Assembly (NCBI RefSeq): GCF_009834535.1
Contig: NC_045697.1
Coordinates: 4,652,001-4,716,000, forward strand
Length of the DNA stretch: 64,000 bases
Direction: 5' to 3'
Source: Camelus ferus
Lineage: Eukaryota
Position numbers and translations under genes: made by a program. The notes beneath the pieces were generated by a model, which had not been told where the DNA came from, did not search any database, and saw only the letters and a list, made by a program, of their open reading frames with translations. This document shows, one piece after another, positions 1 to 13,400 of this stretch. How positions within the stretch are numbered: the first letter of the stretch is position 1; every line of letters starts with the position of its first letter.

Positions 1-3000
1 GAAATATCTGGTGAAAGATTTAGATCGTCTGGCAGATAGAACTGGAAACCACTACCCGCAATCACCGACATCTTCAGGGACGCCCCTGAATACCACAGCA
101 CGACGCCAGTGTGCTCACTTCACAGAGCAAGCTGGAGGCAGAGCGGGGATTTGATCTGGGGTCAATAGCTTCCTAGACTCGGAGGTTTTTTCCCCCCTAT
201 GAAAGTGGGGAAACATCAGGGAGAGGGAACTTCAAGCCTTGGGCCCTATGGCTCTTGTCCCTTTAGCTGGGGGTCGCCAGGGCACTGCGGGAGGAACGGT
301 GGATAGACGACACAGCTTCGGGATATATGGTCGAGGTGCTTGGACAACGGAAGTTGGAGTACCCGAGGGCTGGCGAGCTGTCGGTTTAACCCAGAACTTC
401 CAGTCTGAGCACTGCTCAGGTTCCAGGCCCCTGATAGGTGCTGGGATCCCTGCACAGCACTCCGGCCCCACCCTGGGTCAGGGTGGGTGACAAATTCACT
501 GTGAAAATTAAATGAGTTAATGCTGCTAGGTAGTGAGCACTCAATAAATGTTCGTTGTTTATTATATGAGTTTTATCATTATCATTTTTATTAACCCTTC
601 TCCCCTTAAATGCTATGAGAGGCATAAAGTGAACCGGAGGAGGCAGAGCTTGATCTAGGAGGGCTTTCTTGAGAAGTGGGGGCTGGGTCAGCCTGTGGCT
701 GCTACAACCCAATAGTGGGTCTCCTCCTGCCCCCAATCCCCAACGCCCCAGGCTTTCTGTCCCGGTAACTCGGGAACTCTCCGTGGTCCTGAATCCGGCG
801 CCTCGCAAGAGGAAGGTCTACAGTGAGGGGGTGTGTGGTGGAGGTGGGGGCGAGAAATGGGGATATCGAAAGTGTCCCGTCTCCTTGTCCCAACCCCTTC
901 TGTATCTCTTCCTGCCCACCTCCTTCTCTGGTGGCTGACCTCGCTTGGGATCCAGGCTTCAGAGCCTAAGCGGGAGGCTTCAGAGCCACGGACTGAGAAG
1001 CCGGGGCCAATACCGGAGAACCCTGGTTTCCAGTCAAGGTACTGCGCCCTCTTGAGCTTCAGCTTCCTCATCTGTGAAATGGGGGTGGCATCTCCCAGAC
1101 TTCCTCAAGGCGTGAAGGAGTATCAGGGAGGCGAGAGCGCTTTGTGTACGGCTGGGAGCTGTGGAAAGCGTCCCTGATGGAGCTGCAGTCAATGTCACCA
1201 ACGCCACCATCTCCCCTGGGCTGTCTGGGACGGCTTCGCAGCCGTGCTTCAGCGCTTGGGGACGCTGGTTGCTTCACCTCTTCCATTCTTCCTTCCTCTC
1301 CCCCTCTAGCCCTCTCTCCCCTTTCGCCATGGCTTCGCGGGTACTGGACAAAAGGCAGCGCCTCCGGCGCTCCGAGGGCTTCAGAAGCTCTCGAGGTTCG
1401 GGACTGTGTAGCCAAGGGGCTCATGGTCTCCCTGAGGGGAACGTTTTACTTTCTGAGAGCTGAGGGGCCACGGGGTTCGGATTCCGGGGCGGGCCTCGCT
1501 GATTCTACGTTTTGCAGAGGGTACCGAGGCCCTTCCCCCGCCCATAAAGCTCTTTCCTGGGGAGGGAGGAGGGGTTTCTGCGGCGCAGGCGCAGCGCTTG
1601 CGGAGGCCCAAGGCTGAGCGACTGCGGAGCTTTGTACCCGGGAATTCCGCTCGGGAGCCGTGGTCTTTTTGGCCAACAGCGGACCCATGCCCCTCCCTCG
1701 ATATGCACGTGGTCTTGTCCCCACCCCTGGAGCATACCTGACCAGACTCAACCGTGGGGACGCCCTGGTTCCTGGAACCTAGGACTTAGCAACGCTGTGG
1801 AAGGGAATATGGAGTCTGGGAGAGGAAGACCTGAAATTTCCGGTCAGCAACAAGAATATAGGACCCAGCAGAGCCAAGGCTGAAATGAATGAGTGTAGGA
1901 GAATGCGCTCTAGAGGAGGCGTGCAGGAACGTGGCTTCTAGATATGCTCTGCTGCAGCTAATATGCTTTGTACCTGAGATACCATTTTACCTCTGTATGC
2001 CTCAATTTCCCACCTGTGAAATGGGAAGCTTAGGGCCTAGTGTTCCTGGAATACTAAGCTGCTTCTCTTTTGTGAACATATAACCCCATCTCCGTTTTAA
2101 GGACCAGGCATCTCTGGCCTCTGGTCCTGGACTGGAGGACTGGCCCCCAGGTGGCAGTGGAGGTAAGAGCTTCAGGCCCTAACTTGAGTGGTGGGGGCTT
2201 TTCCATGATTAGCACACCCGCCCTCTGGGTGGCAACTTGACAGTAAAAAAGATGGGGTCTTTTTATAGAACCTGCAGGTTTGGATTTTGTAGGCAGAAAG
2301 TGAGGTTGGCATTTTAATCTGCCTGGAGATTTGGGGCACCTGTCTAGTGCTGTGGGGGCTTGCTAGGGCTCCCCTCTTATCTCCCTGTCCCCTCTTTACT
2401 TTTCTCCTATCAAGAAGTTTAACATGCTATGCCCTGGTCTCCTGCCCACCTCTCCCCAAAGCAACATCTGGATTATGGGTGCCAGGGCTGGTGTCCACTG
2501 GGAGGCAGGACATTCTGTTCGCCACCTTCCCCCTAGCCTGTCCTGGGGGCTGTGGAGACCTTAGTGCTAATGGTCTGGCTGTCCAATCAGCAATCACTGT
2601 CTGGTAGACAGGGCTGTGGGGGTGACCTGTTGGTCCCAGTACCTGGGGGCTGTGTGATGAGCAGGGCTGCAGGCAGTAGAGCAGGTCAGCCACTCATTAG
2701 GGCCTAAGCCTCCCTGCTGCAGGGAGGTTCCTGCTGAGTCTGGTTCAACGATGGGAGAGGGTGGCAGGGAAAGGCTTTATGGAGAAGCCGTTGGCAGTAA
2801 GTCAGAGAGAATAGGTAAGCTTATGTCTGAGCTAAGATATTAAGAGAAGGTACGGCTGGAATAAAGGCTTGGACTTGGGGCTGGAAATCTGCTTGGTCTA
2901 TTCAGGGAGTTATCACAGAGGATGGACAAACGGAGGCTGGAGGCTGCGGAAAGGCCAAAGGGGGGCGGCCGCTGGGCCAGATCCTGGAGAGCCTGAATGC

Positions 3001-3049
3001 TCCAGCAGCTGGGGGTGGGGGTGAGGGGGAGGTTCTAGGCACCCGGCTC

Positions 3050-4300
3050 ACACTCCCTCCCTCAGGCACGTGTTCCAGGGAGGCCCCCAGATGCGGCGCA
3101 CCACACCTGTGGCGCTGCCCACAGTCTCTGCCAGCGCATCCGAAGTCCGTCTCTGGCTTTTAAAAGAGCCCTGAAAACCAGACCTACCCAATCGCGAGAG
3201 CGAGGCTGGGGCCCAGCTGAGGGCGTGTGCGCGGGGCGGGGGTCGGCGGGGCTGGGCGGTTGGTGGGGCGGGGGGCGGAGTGGGGGAGATCGGAAGGCAA
3301 GCGCTTCCTGGTTCGAGCCGAGAGGGGCGAATCCGGCTCGGCTCCGCGCCGCCGGGAGGAGCTGTCTGTCTGCAGCCCCCTCCTCCCGCCCTCGTCTCTC
3401 CCTCCTCCTCCCGCCCTCCTCGCGGAGCCGGGCGGTGCTGGCAGCCGAGCGGCGGCGGCGGCGGGCGGGCCGAGCAGCCGGGGCAGCCGGGCGCGTGGGC
3501 AGCCGCACGCGCCGAGCCTCCGTCCCTCTCTTTACTGGGCCCAGGCCTTTGTCACCGCGCCCGTGCAGAGCGGAACCGCTCAAGGGAGCCGGACAGAGCG
3601 AAAGCCAGCCCCACAGGTTCACCCGCCGGGCCGAGGGCGCCAGAGCGGGGCCATGTCTTACCAGGGCAAGAAGAGCATTCCGCACATCACGGTAAGCTGG
3701 GCCCCCGCCTCTGCCTCGCCGTTCTTTGTGCGGTGGAGGTGGTCTCCGCCAGGGTCGGGATCCGCTGGGGGACCTCAGGGGCGGCCCCCGGAGGTTTCCT
3801 GCGTCGCCGCGGGTAGGGCGGGGCCGGTCTCGGCTTTGCAGCCCCCTCCCCCAAGCATCTGGGGACAATGGGGGGGAGGGGAGCCCCGCGTGGCGGGGCG
3901 GGGCTGGAGCCTCAGGCCCCTCTCCCCGCGGGCTTGCAGCCCCCTCCCCCCACGGGATGTGCCTGAGGATGGCGTGGACTGGGAGGTTGCAGAGCTGAAC
4001 AAAAGAGGGAGGGGCGCGGGGGTCCGAACACCCTCCATCCAGCCTTGGAGCTGAGCCTCCAGAGTGCAGCCTTTGCACCGTCCAGCTCTTGCGCCTCGCA
4101 GCAGAGTTCCTTCCCCGCCAGAGGGAGGAAAGAAATCGACCACCGTTCCCCACTCCCCGCCCATAATGATGGAGTGGAAGTCTGGACCTAGAGACAGCGC
4201 CATGATAGAAGCGCCCCTCCCATTCGTCCCCGCAACTAAAAATAGCCTAATGGGCCAGCACTGGCGGCCCCGGAGGGGTTAACGCTGGGGTGCGGGAATG
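3050..4300. promoter_or_regulatory. CpG island / promoter of the short CRMP1 isoform (approximate bounds)
   Basis: Very GC- and CpG-dense. CCAAT at 3188-3192, GC boxes GGGGCGGGG at 3233-3241 and 3265-3273, GGGGCGGAG at 3272-3280, short GGC run at ~3451-3463 in the presumed 5' UTR. Confidence 0.85.
3653..3691 (+). CDS. CRMP1: CRMP1 exon 1 (short isoform), [13 protein letters not shown]
   Basis: gggccATG start context; donor ACG|gtaagc at 3692; 39 nt, phase 0. Confidence 0.97.
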
Positions 4301-7300
4301 GGAGTGGGGACTGAGCTGTACTCTATGTCCCTGGGTGTGGCCGGAAACAAAGGAACCCAGGTCTTCCTGCTTTGTCTCAGGGTGGGGAGCTGAGGGGACA
4401 GCCGATTCAGAAACCTCCACCCCATTCCCTGCCTGGCATGAGAATTGAACCAAGCCATTCCTGAGAGATGTGGACCACAGGTGCTGGTGAAGCCCACGGG
4501 CCTTGGGTGGCTGGTGTCTGAGCAGCCAGGTACTAGGAGGCAGGATTCTGAGCGTAATTGAATCCTCCGGGGATTCCATGCCTGAGGTTTAAAGACAGGA
4601 AACCCAGCATCCTCATTTATCCAGGCTTAGAGATGGCCCCAGAGCATCTTGGAGAGAGTAGCTTTGGGTAGAGGGGAAGGAGCTGACATTCCCCACTCGT
4701 CTGCCCAGTGTATTGTGGACCTTGCCTTATTGAATCTTCTCAGTAAATCTTTTGAAGGAAGCATTGTCCACATGAAGCTCTCAGAGGCTGCAGCAGTGGC
4801 TGGAGGTGCAACTGAGAGGAAGGCTGGGAGGGAACTGGACCCATACCTCTCCAGAACAGGCCTGCATTCTGCCCTTCTGGGCTGAGTCTCCTCTTAGGAA
4901 GCCCCTCCTGCGTCCTGCTTCAGGTTTTGTCAGCCGACCTTTGCAGAGTTACCATCCAGCAGTGTGACCCCTGAGGGTGGGACCACCTCTTCCCCATCCC
5001 TAATCCTTGCCCTCTGAGACATGGAGATGTAAGTGACCAGTCACTTAACACTGTTGTCGGCTAAGAATCAATGGAAGGGATGGAGTTGTCCTAGGCTAGG
5101 CAGTGGGAGGAATGAACTGGATATTTATATGAGCAGGTCCAGGCTTTGGGACTCTCCAGCCCTGCCCCCGGGGGACCCGAGGCAGGAGATGGAGGTAGAG
5201 GTGATGCAGTGACTGATGAGTTCTGGAGCCCCAGGTCCCTTTGTGTCTGTGGCCCCCCGCAGGTCTGTGCCCTGTTCCGGACCCCAGTTTCTAAGAAGGA
5301 AGTTGAGCAAGATGGGCTTTGAGGCAGATGTATGTGAACAGTGCCTCCTAAGTTGTCCAGTTCTGTCACCCTGCCTTCTGGCTGTGGCCCTCCAGAGTGG
5401 AGATGAACTGCCCAGGCTTTAGCACCAGATGGATCTGGGTTTGCCTCCCTGCTCTGCCACCTCTCTGAGCCTCTGTGCTCTGATATCCAAAGTGGGCCTA
5501 GCACTGGCCATTTGATAGGACCCTTGGGCGTCCAAGAGGACCCTGGCAAAGCGCTTTGTGTTTGGTAGGCACAGAGCAAGGGCTTCAGAACTGCTGGCTG
5601 ATCCTGCTGCTTTAGCCGTTTGAGTGAAGCAAGTAGTCCACTCATGTATAAGAGAGAATCAAACGGAGTGACTCCGACAGCTTCAATAGCATGGGGAAGA
5701 GAGATGCTGAAAACTACGCTCAGTTACTGGGAAAGTAGCCCTTGATGAGTCATTCATCTTTTGTTTGGTCCACATAGTTCACTCCAGCTAGAAAGATTTG
5801 TGGTTTAAAGGAGAAACCAGAGAGGATGGCCTTGGACGGAGCTCCTTTGTAGGACGCACAGCTTCCTGAGGATCCTTTGCTGATAATGTTCGTGTTGTGA
5901 CAGGAACCAGAATGCCATTAAATGAATGGACGGGCATTGTGGCTTTACACATGCTATACCCTTATCATGTTCAATATTACCCAATTGGTAAGTGACTAAG
6001 AACAATAAGCACCTGGTCTGTGCCGGGCACTGTGCAGGGTGCTAGGGAAAGAGGGTATGAGATGGGCATGCCCTTGCCTTCCCAGGGTTTAGCAAAGACT
6101 GACATTTCAGCCTGAAATTGCAGCGAAGTGTGGGGGTGTTGTAAGGGGTGGTATGGGAAGCCAGGGAGACCACAGCAGGAACACCCAGCCTCGTCCTGGG
6201 ATGCGGAGGGAGACAGAGGGGAGGAAGGGGGTTCTGTGTGACGTGGGGGAAGGCCCCAAGGCAAAAGAGTGTGATCCCTTGGAAAAACCGAAGGAAAGTC
6301 AGCATGACAGGAGCCTGACCTCTGCATCCAAGTGCAGCTTCTCTGAGCAGTTCGAGCAAATCCTGGAGACAGTTAAGATGTTTTGGCAGCCCTGGTGTGT
6401 GTGATCTGTGGAGGGACCCAGAAGGCTTAGAAAAGGATCAAGATTTAAAAAAAAAAAAAAAAAAGACCAGCTGCATCCCCAGGTCCCCACCTGCTTGATG
6501 TTTTCTCACTCTGTGCCCCCCTGAGCCTCAGCCTGCCCACCTGAACAAAGCGGGTAAGGTCCCAGCTTTGGCAGTGAAATCAGAGATAGGAGAGGGTATG
6601 TGAGCAGAGGAGGAGGAGGGACATCCCAGACAGTGCACAGTGAGGACCGAGGCGGGAGCAGGGCTGAATCACGAAAACACTCTACTCATGTTGACTGCGG
6701 TGTCTTTTCCTCTTTCCTCCACCTTAGCCTTCTTCTGAGATACAAGAGTAGCCTGATTGAAAAGAGGGGAAAAGCTTGGCTTCAGCCCCCAAGGATTGTT
6801 TAAAATATTAATAAAGCTCTCTTTTCATGTGTGGCTTTTTAAAAAGATTAATGGGGCAGCCAGAATTCATTTAGCTAAAGCTGTTTTTCGGTGCCTACTG
6901 TGGTGGTTAAGCAAGTAGAGCATCCTGGGCGTGGCTCTGAGCAAACAAAGGCACAGGGCTCGTGGCCCCTCGGAATCTTTCTGTCCCCACAGAGCCACGG
7001 AAGAGGGTGGCAAGAGTGTCTACCATGACGGTTAAGAATTATTGTTATTACAAATAAGACTTCGTGAGTACTGACCATTTGTGATTTTGCAGACTGTGAC
7101 GGCAATCAGGACCCCTGTGATCATTTACTGGGTTTTCAGAACAGTCCTATGAGGAAGACAGCCTGTTTTCCAAAGAGTAAACTGAGGATTAGAGACTTTA
7201 AAGCTTCATCAGTGGCCCGTGGAGGAATGAAGAGATCCGATTCAGGCAGGGAGGGTAGACGGGCTGGTCTCCTTGCTAAGATAGTCACTGTCTGATTGAA

Positions 7301-7324
7301 ATCTGTGTGTGTGTGTGTGTGAGT

Positions 7325-7363
<39 letters not shown>

Positions 7364-7368
7364 TGTGT

Positions 7369-7411
<43 letters not shown>

Positions 7412-10400
7412 ATCAAACAGTGAAGATGAGCAGGGAAGAAAGGTACCAATAAGTAAAAACTACATCAGCCTGAGTTCGTTACTGTAATGGACAAATATGC
7501 AAAAAAACCTACTTCTTCCTGAGGGTGACGCTCAGCCTATCTATAAATATTTAGTTTATCTTCCTGCCTTTTTATGCAAAGGATTTGAGATGCCTTCAGT
7601 GATTTGTCACACACCTAGTGCAATCAGATGGAAGTAGGATACCAAGAATGAAGGTCAAGGAAGAGCAGAGACCAAACCTGCCAGCAATTCAGACCACTGG
7701 AGGTGTGCGCCTGGGCACCTGACTCAGAGTCTCATTCTGACTCAGAGCTTCTGTCATCCAGGGCAGAGAAAGAGACCCTACTGGTTTGGTCAAGGTTATG
7801 ATCAGGCAGGGAGAAGTGGGCCATAGTCTTAGGGGAAATTTTATATTTTATTTTATTTTATTTTATTTTATTTTATTTTATTTTATTTCATTTCATTTTA
7901 TTTTATTTTTTATTTTTCGTATATATATTTTTCATTAAAGTATGGTCAGTTTACAATGTTTTGGGGAAAATTATTTTAAATTAAATTCTTTAAAAGTGTT
8001 TCAGAGGGCATAAAAGTGATACTGAGTTAGGGTATCTTCCATAACATAATTATGGCAACTTAGCCCTGACTGCCTGTTTCTTGTAATAAACTTGGCCAAG
8101 ACTGAATACATGGAAACACATGACATGACATATGTGAATGTGCCGGGCACATAGTCAGTGGCTAACAGGTGATAGTTCCCTTCCCTGAACTCAGGCTCTC
8201 TCTTTGAGGAAATGAAAATTCAGAATGACGGGTGATCAGTGAGTGTTAACTGGATATCTGTCTGTTCCTTGAACTGTGCAGGGTATGATGGGCAGTTAAA
8301 AATACATATTTTTATTTACATGACCCTGACCTTGAGAAGCTTTCCATCTAAGTGAAAAATTGCACATGCATAGAATGACTTCAAAATGACTGGAGGGTAA
8401 ACTGTGGACTAAATCACAGGTGTTAGAGTAATTCAGAGAAAGGAGAACTCATCGTTGGCAGAAGCAATAGGAGGTGGCCTTTTGGGGCTTGGGGGATGGA
8501 GTGAGCTAGGTGTTGAGGGATTTGATTGGTAGAGACAAAGGAAGAGCATGCAAAGCAGGGGGAACAGCATGGACAAGACCTGGGCTGGGAAATGAATATG
8601 GTCAGAAGAGAGTAAGGATTTTTACATTGTTAATTCAAGGCGTGAGGAACTTGAAGTAAATTTGAATGGCTGGGAGATCGAGGGGGTTCTACAAGGCTTT
8701 GTAAGTCAGACAAAATACACCCAAAGTGATGGAAATAGCACGTGGGGTTTAAATCTGGCTCAAATGTGAATGGGATATTTGACCTTGGACAAGTCAGTTC
8801 TTCTCTGAGCTTCAGATTACTTTTCTTTACAAAGTTGAATTAGGTAATTCAGCTCCAAGTTATAGGGTACTCTGACTTTATTCTGTGGTAATAGGAAGCC
8901 TCTGGAAGTTCTTGAGGTGAGAAGATGGTGTGATAAAGGCAGCATGGAAGAATGTGGATTCTGAAGCTTGACTATCTGGGTTTGAATTCTAGCTGTTACA
9001 CTTACTGGCTGTGCAATTTGGGCAAATTTTTGGGCAAATTTTCTCTGTGCAGCAATTTTCTCACTTGTAAAATGGGAAAATATTAATACTGCATAGGGGT
9101 TTTTCCCTGAGAATTAAATGATTTAATATATGCAAGATGCTTAGAATAGCACCTGCACATAGTATGCACTCTGTGGGCTCGCTGTTATTATTCTTACTGT
9201 GGGATGGTGTATTAGTCAGCTTTGTTCCATAGCAAACAATCCCAAAGTCACAATGGTTTTCAACAACATACATTTATTTCTTGCTCAAGCTGCATGAGGG
9301 CCTGGATTGGCTGTAGCTTTGCCCCTGGCTGCTGTGAATAGTGGCTCTGCTTGTATCTACTCACCTTGACCCAGGCTGAGGAGAGCACAGAGAATGGAAG
9401 CACAAGAGACTAGTATCAACCTGAAATGCCTTTAAGAACTTCTTTTTAACTGTGGCCCTTTCATATCTGCTCATAGCCATTGGCTAAAGCAAGTCACATA
9501 ATCAAGGCATGAAGTGAGGAGGAGAAGCCCAATGTTAGTCTTTCTGGAGGAGACATGAGGACTAAATGTGTACATTCTGGCCCACTAAGAGATGCTAATA
9601 AACACCTCTTGGAGCTGATAATGGGGTGGTCAGAAAGTGTAATGGATGAGTTTGGAAGAAAAGATCTGCATTGGTTCCCAGGCTGAATCAGAGTTGAGAA
9701 AGAGCATCAAATTGAGGTGTCTCACTGGGCAACTAAAACACAGAATGGGATGGGGATGAGAGGCAAGGCCCAGAGATAGAGATTAGGGACCTATGTATAA
9801 GAGGCACTGGTAGAAAATAGGAAAATGTGAGATATTCCAGCAACCAGTGGTTCTCAGCCCATGTGTTTCTATGAGCACGGTGATGTATTGAAAAAGTCCT
9901 CTGTAGAGGTTCTGCTACATTTTGATTGGCATTCACAGTTTGTTTGTTACAACCAAGTCTACAAGTCATTCTAGTAACAGCTATCAGGTGGAGCCCTGTG
10001 TACTCACAAGCAGAACAGTGTTGAGTGGAGTCTGACTTTCTTGTGAGAAAGAGGAAGCTCTTGTAATGGAAAGGGAACGTCAGAAGACTGCCCCTTGAGC
10101 ATATAAGAGAACAGGGTCAGGGTAGTGGACAGCGCCATGGTGCTGAAGAGTAAGCAAGTGCAATTAAGGAGTCATTAAAGGCCCTGTGAGATGGATACAG
10201 TCACACTGTAGTAGGGATGACAGGATAATGATTGCTGACTTGTTTGGTGTTGTTTTAGGTCTTTAATCCCATCAAGAATGCTGCAGATTTTAATACTACT
10301 TGTAAATATGTCCAGAACACAGAAAAAGTTAAGATTCATTGCCATAGAGAGATGCAAAGACCAAATCATAACTTTGTTCAAAGTGACAGAAGACAGCTCT

Positions 10401-13400
10401 ATACTGGTGTTGGTGGTTTGGGAAGTGGAATGAGATCTAGGATGCTTCACAGAGAGACTGGTCCAGAAATCTAGAAAACAAGAGTAAACAGGTAAAAGGA
10501 GGGAAGTGATGGCTGTGGACATATGAGGTTACAGCTCCCTACTCCTTCCTTGGGCCTGTGTCCCAGGCACCTGGAACAGTCTCTCTGACCAGGCTCACCC
10601 TTTCTGGCCCTTTGCCTTTGTATAAGCTGTGATCATTGTGGAAAATCTCCCTCCTGGGGTTGGGAATTGGAAGCACTCCCACTTCAGTAACTTTGGTTTG
10701 TCCACTTGAATGTGCACACTTGGAAGACTGGGACAATGTCTGATTCTTCTCAGCAACTCCTCCGGAGCACTCTTAACGCACCGGTGACTCATGGCAGGGA
10801 CTCCATACTCGGTGAGTGGATGAATAAAAACTGGACTGCAAGCTGTGCATCTCTCCTGAGTGAGGTCTTAAGACACTTTTCCATTTGACCTTCCTTAAAG
10901 AACGTCTTATGCATGGAATTAACATTTGGGTATTACCATCCAGAAGGTGAAGAGGGTAACGTGAAGGGGTTTTGGAGCTGAAGAATAAAGACTTGCAATG
11001 TGGTACTTTGACAGAGGGGAGAGAGCAGATCTGGCATATTAATGGCTTCACTTCATTTCACATTAAAAGCAAGCTTTTACAGGAGTAATCTTTCATATAA
11101 ATGTTGGATCATCAAAGTGCACTTCTCCCCAGGACCTTGACTGAATAATGACTTGGTAGTAGAGCTTGGGGTCAATTCCATGGGAAAACTACGTGGATCT
11201 GATGTAGAATTGTACAAAGTAAAGAGGGGGCTGCTTGAGATTCTGTACCTGCCTCCAAATTATGCTGCCATCTATTTTATATCAGATCATATTCTTAGGC
11301 TTAAATCCTAATAAAATCTAAGCAAATATTTGATGTATACTACCTTAAAGCCGAAAGTAACCTTTTAAATTATGTAAAATTTTCTGGGTTTGTGCATTTG
11401 AGGTGGCAGGAAAGAGTGTCCATTGCTTCTTCTCCACCCCCGTCCCCCTCTGGTGTTCCCCCCTTGCCTGCCTCCAGTCACAGGGAGATCACCACTTTAC
11501 ACAGCAGTCTGCTTTACTCTTGGATAGCTCTGTTGTTGGAAAGTCTTCTGTATGTAGAGTGAGAGGCTGCCTGTTGCCCTACTTTTGGTCTCAGAATTTT
11601 CATAGTTTTCTTCCTTTTCCACATTGATACTCCTAGAAGTTCTGAAAGATATTTCTGTTACTTAGGATCTTTTCTTTTCCAAAACAGCCCCAGTTCTTTA
11701 TTCCTCATCTAGTGCAGTTTCCAAGTACAATGTTTAGATTTTTCTCTCCTTTTTCCTTTTTCCTCTTTTCCATTTTTAATTCTTTTTACTGTCTTTTATT
11801 TCTGAGCTTGTAGAACAAAATGGGTCCAAAATAAAGCTTAAATTATTGGGCACCTTGAAACTGGTTTAAATAACTTTCCAGAGCCATAGCTTCTTTTGTG
11901 AAGCTGGTAAAATCATTAGAAACTTTCCCCTGCTTCTTCAAATGCACAGACACAGGAACATTCAGCACAAAGCATTGGGCTTCATAGGCCAGTGTTCAGT
12001 GTGTTGAGAGCTTTAACTTATTATCTTAAGTAATCCTGTGAGGTGGGTGCTTTGATTAGCTCCACTAAAAGGAAAAAAAAAAAAAAAACCGAAACACACG
12101 GAGATTAAGTGTCTTGCTGCAGGTCACCGGCTAAGAAGCTGTGTGGGAATAAGCTGTAGTCTCTGTGGTGAAGGATCTCACAGTCTCTTGGGGGGAAATG
12201 GACATAAAAAAATGAACCGAAAGATGAATTGTCATGCACTTGTGAGACAGTGCGGACCAGAGATGCAAGCCTTGTGCCGTAGGGCGAACACCTGTTCGTG
12301 GAGGCAGGACACTGCACCTGACGAGTTGGAAATCAATGGGCAGAGCAGGTGTGGCAGGAAGTCCAGTGAGTGGACGCCACAGACAAAGGCACAGGGTGTG
12401 AAATTGCAGTTTCAAGAGTCAGAATATGGTGCAAACCCGGGAGAGGGAGGAGGCCAGGCCAGAAAGAGCCTGAGGGCATACTCTGTCTTATAAGCGAGGA
12501 CAAGGTGGTGAAAGGTTTGAAGGAGAGACATGATATGGTTGCATTTGTGGGTCAGAAAAGTCATTGGCTGTCATGTGGAGGGGACAAGACAGGCAGCAGG
12601 GAGACAGGTAAGGAGGGCTGGCCTGGGCAGGTGCAGTGGGAGGTGGACATCAGCAGGTGGGTATGAGGACATTTCTGGAGCAGATGCGACAACATCTATG
12701 AAAGAGTTGGGTTTGGAGTGTGGGAGGTTAGAGAGAAGCTGAAGATGAAACTGGGCACATGAATGAGATTTATCTCCCCAGGTTGCAAAGACTTTAAAAT
12801 ATAGGTGCTAAGCGCTGTCCATGTATTAATTGTTTTAGCTTTCAAAACCTTTCTCTGCATTATCTTGGGACACTGAAGCACAGAGAGGTGAACGTGACTA
12901 AGGCACATGGTTAGTAAGTATGAGGCCAGATTAGAACTCAGGCAGTCTGCCCTCTGCCCCTGTGTCCTTAACCAGCAGACAACATCGCCTCTTTGTTAAA
13001 TGAACATTAAATGAGATAATAAGTACAGAAGTAGCCGGCTCAGGGGGCATTGCCAATGTTTATTAAGTGAATAGTTCTCGCATTTAATACCTTATCACTT
13101 AGAGCCCTTTGTAACTTTCAGAGTCCTCTAATCTGCCTTACACCCTTTCAACTGCAATTGCAGCAGCCTTATCAGGAGGGCTGGTGAGGTGCTTGGCATA
13201 TGGATATGTATGGATTATTCTTGCTTATCCCCATTTTGCAAAGCAGGGAATGGAGCCTCAGACATTTTAACTAGGCATAGTGGAAAGAACACTGGGATAA
13301 CCAGCAGGGGACACTGGGCTGTCACTCTATAGGTACCATGTGGTACTAGGTTCAAATCTGGGTCCACCATCTCCTGGCTGTGTGACCTTGAGTAAATCAC

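Noticed and set aside
1..3600. Search for the long-isoform (LCRMP1) first exon
   Set aside because: No ORF resembling the recalled MADRRRAWNTEDDLPVYL N-terminus; presumably upstream of the window
3062..4153. 363-aa minus-strand ORF and other long overlapping ORFs over the CpG island
   Set aside because: R/P/G/A-rich with no recognisable domain; stop depletion is expected in very GC-rich DNA
4250..4365. Possible alternative first coding exon just downstream of exon 1
   Set aside because: ATG 4250 hits a stop after 10 codons, and the ATG 4325 frame has only a weak CAG|gtcttc donor; not supportable
12804..12820. Flipped RE1-like halves GGTGCTAA-GCGCTGTCC
   Set aside because: Lies within a MIR whose consensus already supplies gtgctaagcgct; the left half is imperfect
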